A stretch of 62,927 nucleotides of DNA, counting the filler, from Octopus bimaculoides (taxonomy: Eukaryota), in assembly GCF_001194135.2 (NCBI RefSeq). It is 4 parts of 4 records of this genome, joined end to end, with 100 filler letters (N's around TTAATTAATTAA, not from the genome) between each part and the next. Parts side by side here need not be neighbours in the genome. Positions count along the whole stretch, not along the records: positions 52,721 to 62,927 come from NC_068991.1; 3 more parts are not named here. One strand, given 5' to 3'. Of the stretch, positions 61,965 to 62,927 are shown piece after piece; the first letter of the stretch is position 1, and each line of letters begins with the position of its first letter. The position numbers were made by a program, and so were the translations under genes. Below the pieces are notes generated by a model, which saw nothing but the letters and a program-made list of their open reading frames with translations, was not told where the DNA came from and did not search any database.

Positions 61965-62300
61965 TAATTGCAATTCCATTAACCCTAGCTTGTGATATAG
62001 TTTTTCAAAGTAATGTAAAAATTCGCAATTCCTCACATACCTATATCGCCCTTACCGCTACTCCTTTTAAGTTGCGCTTTAATAATCATACTCATTAAAA
62101 ACATTAATCTTAATAGCTATGATGAAATTTCGTTATCTCGTTTAATATGAAGATTAAATAAAAAAAATAAATTACCTTGCGATCTACAATGGAACGTCTT
62201 GTCGAGGTATATACAAATTAATAAAGATATATTATTCGCAAAAGGACATATCCTTACCAAACACAAGTGAAGGATTTCTTTTTGTACATAAAAATTTCAA
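61965..62300 (+). mobile_element. Decayed Penelope-like GIY-YIG endonuclease fragment
   Basis: CDIVFQSNV...HTYIALTATPFKLRFNNH, then after a frameshift EISLSRLI*RLNKK...LQWNVL. This resembles the PLE pattern IVY..YIG.T..FK.R..NH..LSKYIW.LK..W.IL. Confidence 0.75.
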
Positions 62301-62859
62301 AGCACATTCCTGTTATAAACCATATCCTATTCCGATAGGTATTTCTTGTGTGTAGTTAAAAAAATTGTCACTCACTTCCATACTATTTTTTTCCCTTGAA
62401 TACATCTTTTCATACTATATCTACTTCTGGCTTTAGCAAAACTTAGCTATTGTACATTCTTTACTTCCTTACTCTTACAAATAACTATCTTGACCCTGCT
62501 AACTTCTTCAATTCGGTAACAATTTTTAAAGTAAACCTTCCTGCTAAAATCCCTACTTCGAAACTTAACCAACTTCCAACCAATTTTCTCAATTAGTTGC
62601 ACACATATACAGTTGGCATATTTCCATGTATACCACAGCTTCAAGCCACCTATTTTACTTATTCCTTTCTTTCAGGTTTACCATATTGCTTTTAACCTAC
62701 TAAATATTCTTCCTCTAATGATCACTAGTTCCCTAATTATACACTTGCATTTTTCTTAAGTACTAATTATTACTATTTTCTCCACCTAGTTTTCATCATA
62801 TCCAGGTTAATCCTCTATATTAAGGTACAACCACTATACTTTATCAAACCATTTAACCA

Positions 62860-62927
<68 letters not shown>

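Overview
AT-rich animal genomic DNA from a gapped draft assembly. The microsatellite load and SINE/LINE repertoire suggest a coleoid cephalopod, probably Octopus (inference). There is no CRISPR array or prokaryotic organisation. Most of the window is intron-like or intergenic: microsatellites, at least four tRNA-derived SINE families, decayed REL-endonuclease (R4/Dong-like) LINEs, L1/Tx1 and CR1-like RT fragments, a decayed IS630-Tc1-mariner transposase and a Penelope GIY-YIG remnant. The only convincing host coding sequence is a ~1.54-kb phase-0/phase-0 exon (50979-52517, +) encoding a disordered protein I do not recognise. The most interesting signal is a repeat family (27280-27683, 22685-23185, fragment at 9619) that joins a tRNA-derived Pol III head to a tail containing a minimal Penelope-type hammerhead ribozyme motif, with a variable inverted copy of the tail. 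It looks like a ribozyme-bearing SINE mobilised by Penelope-like elements. A second, unrelated hammerhead motif lies in a pseudo-LTR-like relic at 43225-43486, and a 5S rRNA-SINE chimera sits beside a Tc1 terminal repeat at 41415-41834. All calls come from reading the sequence by eye; no searches or folding programs were run, and repeat boundaries are approximate.
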